Shown in pieces: positions 18,711-20,000 of a DNA stretch of 20,000 bases. The position numbers were made by a program, and so were the translations under genes. The DNA comes from Dimargaris cristalligena. Taxonomy: Eukaryota. Position 1 is the stretch's first letter, and every line of letters begins with the position of its first letter. The DNA is taken from the NCBI GenBank assembly GCA_003614675.1, contig ML002232.1, forward strand, positions 45,942-65,941, written 5' to 3'. Under the pieces are notes generated by a model. It was not told the origin of the DNA. It worked only from the letters and a program-made list of their open reading frames with translations, and did no database searches.

Positions 18711-20000
18711 TGGACCCATTCCTTTAGACGTATGGGCATACCTATTGGACTGCCCCTGGCGACGACTCGGCTATTCGGAAATGAAGTGATGCAAATGATA
18801 TTGTATATTGATGTCTAATTAAAAAGCTGTATCATCCGCTGTTATGGGTAAGTCGCTTCGCGTATTTAGCATGCTTCTGTACCAATTTTTCCCAAGGGTT
18901 GATTGGGCCAGAATCCCGAAATTGTACAGGGAACAGCTTATAGCGTCGATGGAGGGCAGTGGTAGATGGGAAACCAGTCATCCTTGGCTCTTAAAATATC
19001 CCCAGATGACCCACCCGTCTGGGTACGCCTTGGCTCGCTCAATTACCCCCATGGTGTAAGCATTGGAAGTCTATGTTTCCAGTCCCATAGTGGCCATATC
19101 CTTGGTGTAATAGACCCGTTGCTTGGGGCATCGTTTTACACTGAATACCATTTTCTAAATCCTTAACTAAGTCGATACAACTAATTAGTCCTCCACCAAT
19201 GTCCCCTGGGGCCATTTCTGTTTCACTATAATCGTTTGAGTAATCCCTGCGAGACCTTGCGTTTTCCGCTTATTTATATTTTTATAATAGTGTCCATAGT
19301 TAAATAGGTATTGAGTGAAGGTGTAACCTGTGGCGTATTCCCCGTTTAAAATGACGAAGGCCAAGTTTGGCAACAAAAGGGTTTCTTTTCAAAGGGCTGG
19401 GTCTTCTGGTGGCTGATGTGGTGCTATGTAAGGGAGATAAAGTCGGCAAGAAATTTCGCATGTTCCTATTTACGCGTGGCTTTAATTCTGAATTCAACGA
19501 CTGGTCGATTAATGACTAAGGCACCAAGTAAAATTCAGATTAGCTACCGTTTTCATTTACCAGCCCAGTTGATACCACACGTCTGCCTTTTTTTTTACTA
19601 ATGAGACGACTTGGGCTGGTCTGAGAATCTTCGATTGCGTGTGTGTTACTCCGGCGGCACTAAGGGGAACCATCGGCCCAAAAAAAAGGGGGGGAGGGAA
19701 GGGCTACACCGAGGAAATTTGGTCCTACCCAGCCATGAGCAGGGTCATAATCAAGTAAGGCCCTCCATTTGAATATAAAAACCCAGATATCCCTTCGAAA
19801 CCCCCCAATTTGGTGTTAAGCAGAGCAACATTTGCTTTTAGACAGTTAAGTTTATACATTTCTTTTTTTATATAGATTGGGATATCTTTACCCAACTTTT
19901 CAATTGGGGTTTAATAGCGTGCGTGCTTCACTCTGTCAACTCAACCCCTCATTTCCTATAGTAGCTCGCCAGGCGTATTTCCCATTTAACCCTCTCGAAT

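Overview
Eukaryotic, intron-containing fungal DNA. Gene content and divergence suggest a non-Dikarya, early-diverging lineage (for example Zoopagomycota); that placement is inference only. Left to right: (1) two tandem, intronless, paralogous 344-aa seven-transmembrane GPCR-like genes (+); (2) a two-exon MICOS subunit Mic12-like gene (-); (3) two orphan signal-peptide proteins (-), the larger one spliced and carrying a 105-bp/35-aa tandem repeat, both containing a D-x-A-[VI]-Q-T-[DE] motif that resembles a dynein light chain LC8-binding site; (4) a head-to-head DNA-repair pair, RAD17/RAD24 clamp loader (-, 2 exons) and SFR1/MEI5 recombination mediator (+, 4 exons, with an unexplained N-terminal extension). 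No tRNA, rRNA, CRISPR array or intact transposon was seen. All exon structures were derived by hand from GT..AG sites and phase compatibility. The most interesting candidates are the 7TM pair with a conserved TM7 lysine and the pair of putative secreted effectors with LC8-type motifs.
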